In this document: in pieces, positions 1 through 64,000 of the stretch
How the letters are laid out: each line of letters begins with the position of its first letter
Position numbering within the stretch: position 1 is the first letter of the stretch
Assembly: GCA_013239625.1 (NCBI GenBank)
Contig: MU055744.1
Coordinates: 650,355-714,354 of the forward strand
Direction: 5' to 3'
Origin: Lama guanicoe
Lineage: Eukaryota
DNA length: 64,000 nucleotides
Translations under genes and position numbers: made by a program
The notes under the pieces: generated by a model
Seen by the model: the letters and a program-made list of their open reading frames with translations, nothing else
The model's database searches: none
Told to the model about the DNA's origin: nothing

Positions 1-63928
<63,928 letters not shown>

Positions 63929-64000
63929 TCACGGGCAGGTCAAGTTCAAGAAGGGCCCTGCCGGCACCTGGGCCCAAGTGGAGAGAGTGGGTGAGCGACA

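Overview
This window is GC-rich eutherian mammalian genomic DNA, not prokaryotic. It lies entirely inside one large minus-strand gene, COL5A1 (collagen type V alpha 1). I traced exons 13-65 (human numbering, recalled) with GT/AG boundaries and an intact frame: the NC2 linker, the full uninterrupted 1014-residue Gly-X-Y helix built from 36/45/54/90/108-bp exons, the C-telopeptide with a furin RTRR site, and most of the C-propeptide. Exons 1-12, the last 4 nt of exon 65 and exon 66 lie outside the window. The most notable structure is the duplicated, mutually exclusive exon 64A/64B pair. The two exons are only 61 nt apart and are followed by an adjacent UGCAUG+ACUAAC (RBFOX+QKI) motif. The introns hold old repeats (MLT1C-like solo LTR, MER53-like MITE, MIR, L1ME, L2), simple repeats, one 30-N gap, and an AT-rich motif-dense island plus a CTCF-like site in intron 32. 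Almost all ORFs in the supplied track are GC-rich or antisense artefacts. I found no evidence of a wholly new biological system; the findings are regulatory and evolutionary hypotheses about a known gene. The species cannot be determined from the sequence alone.
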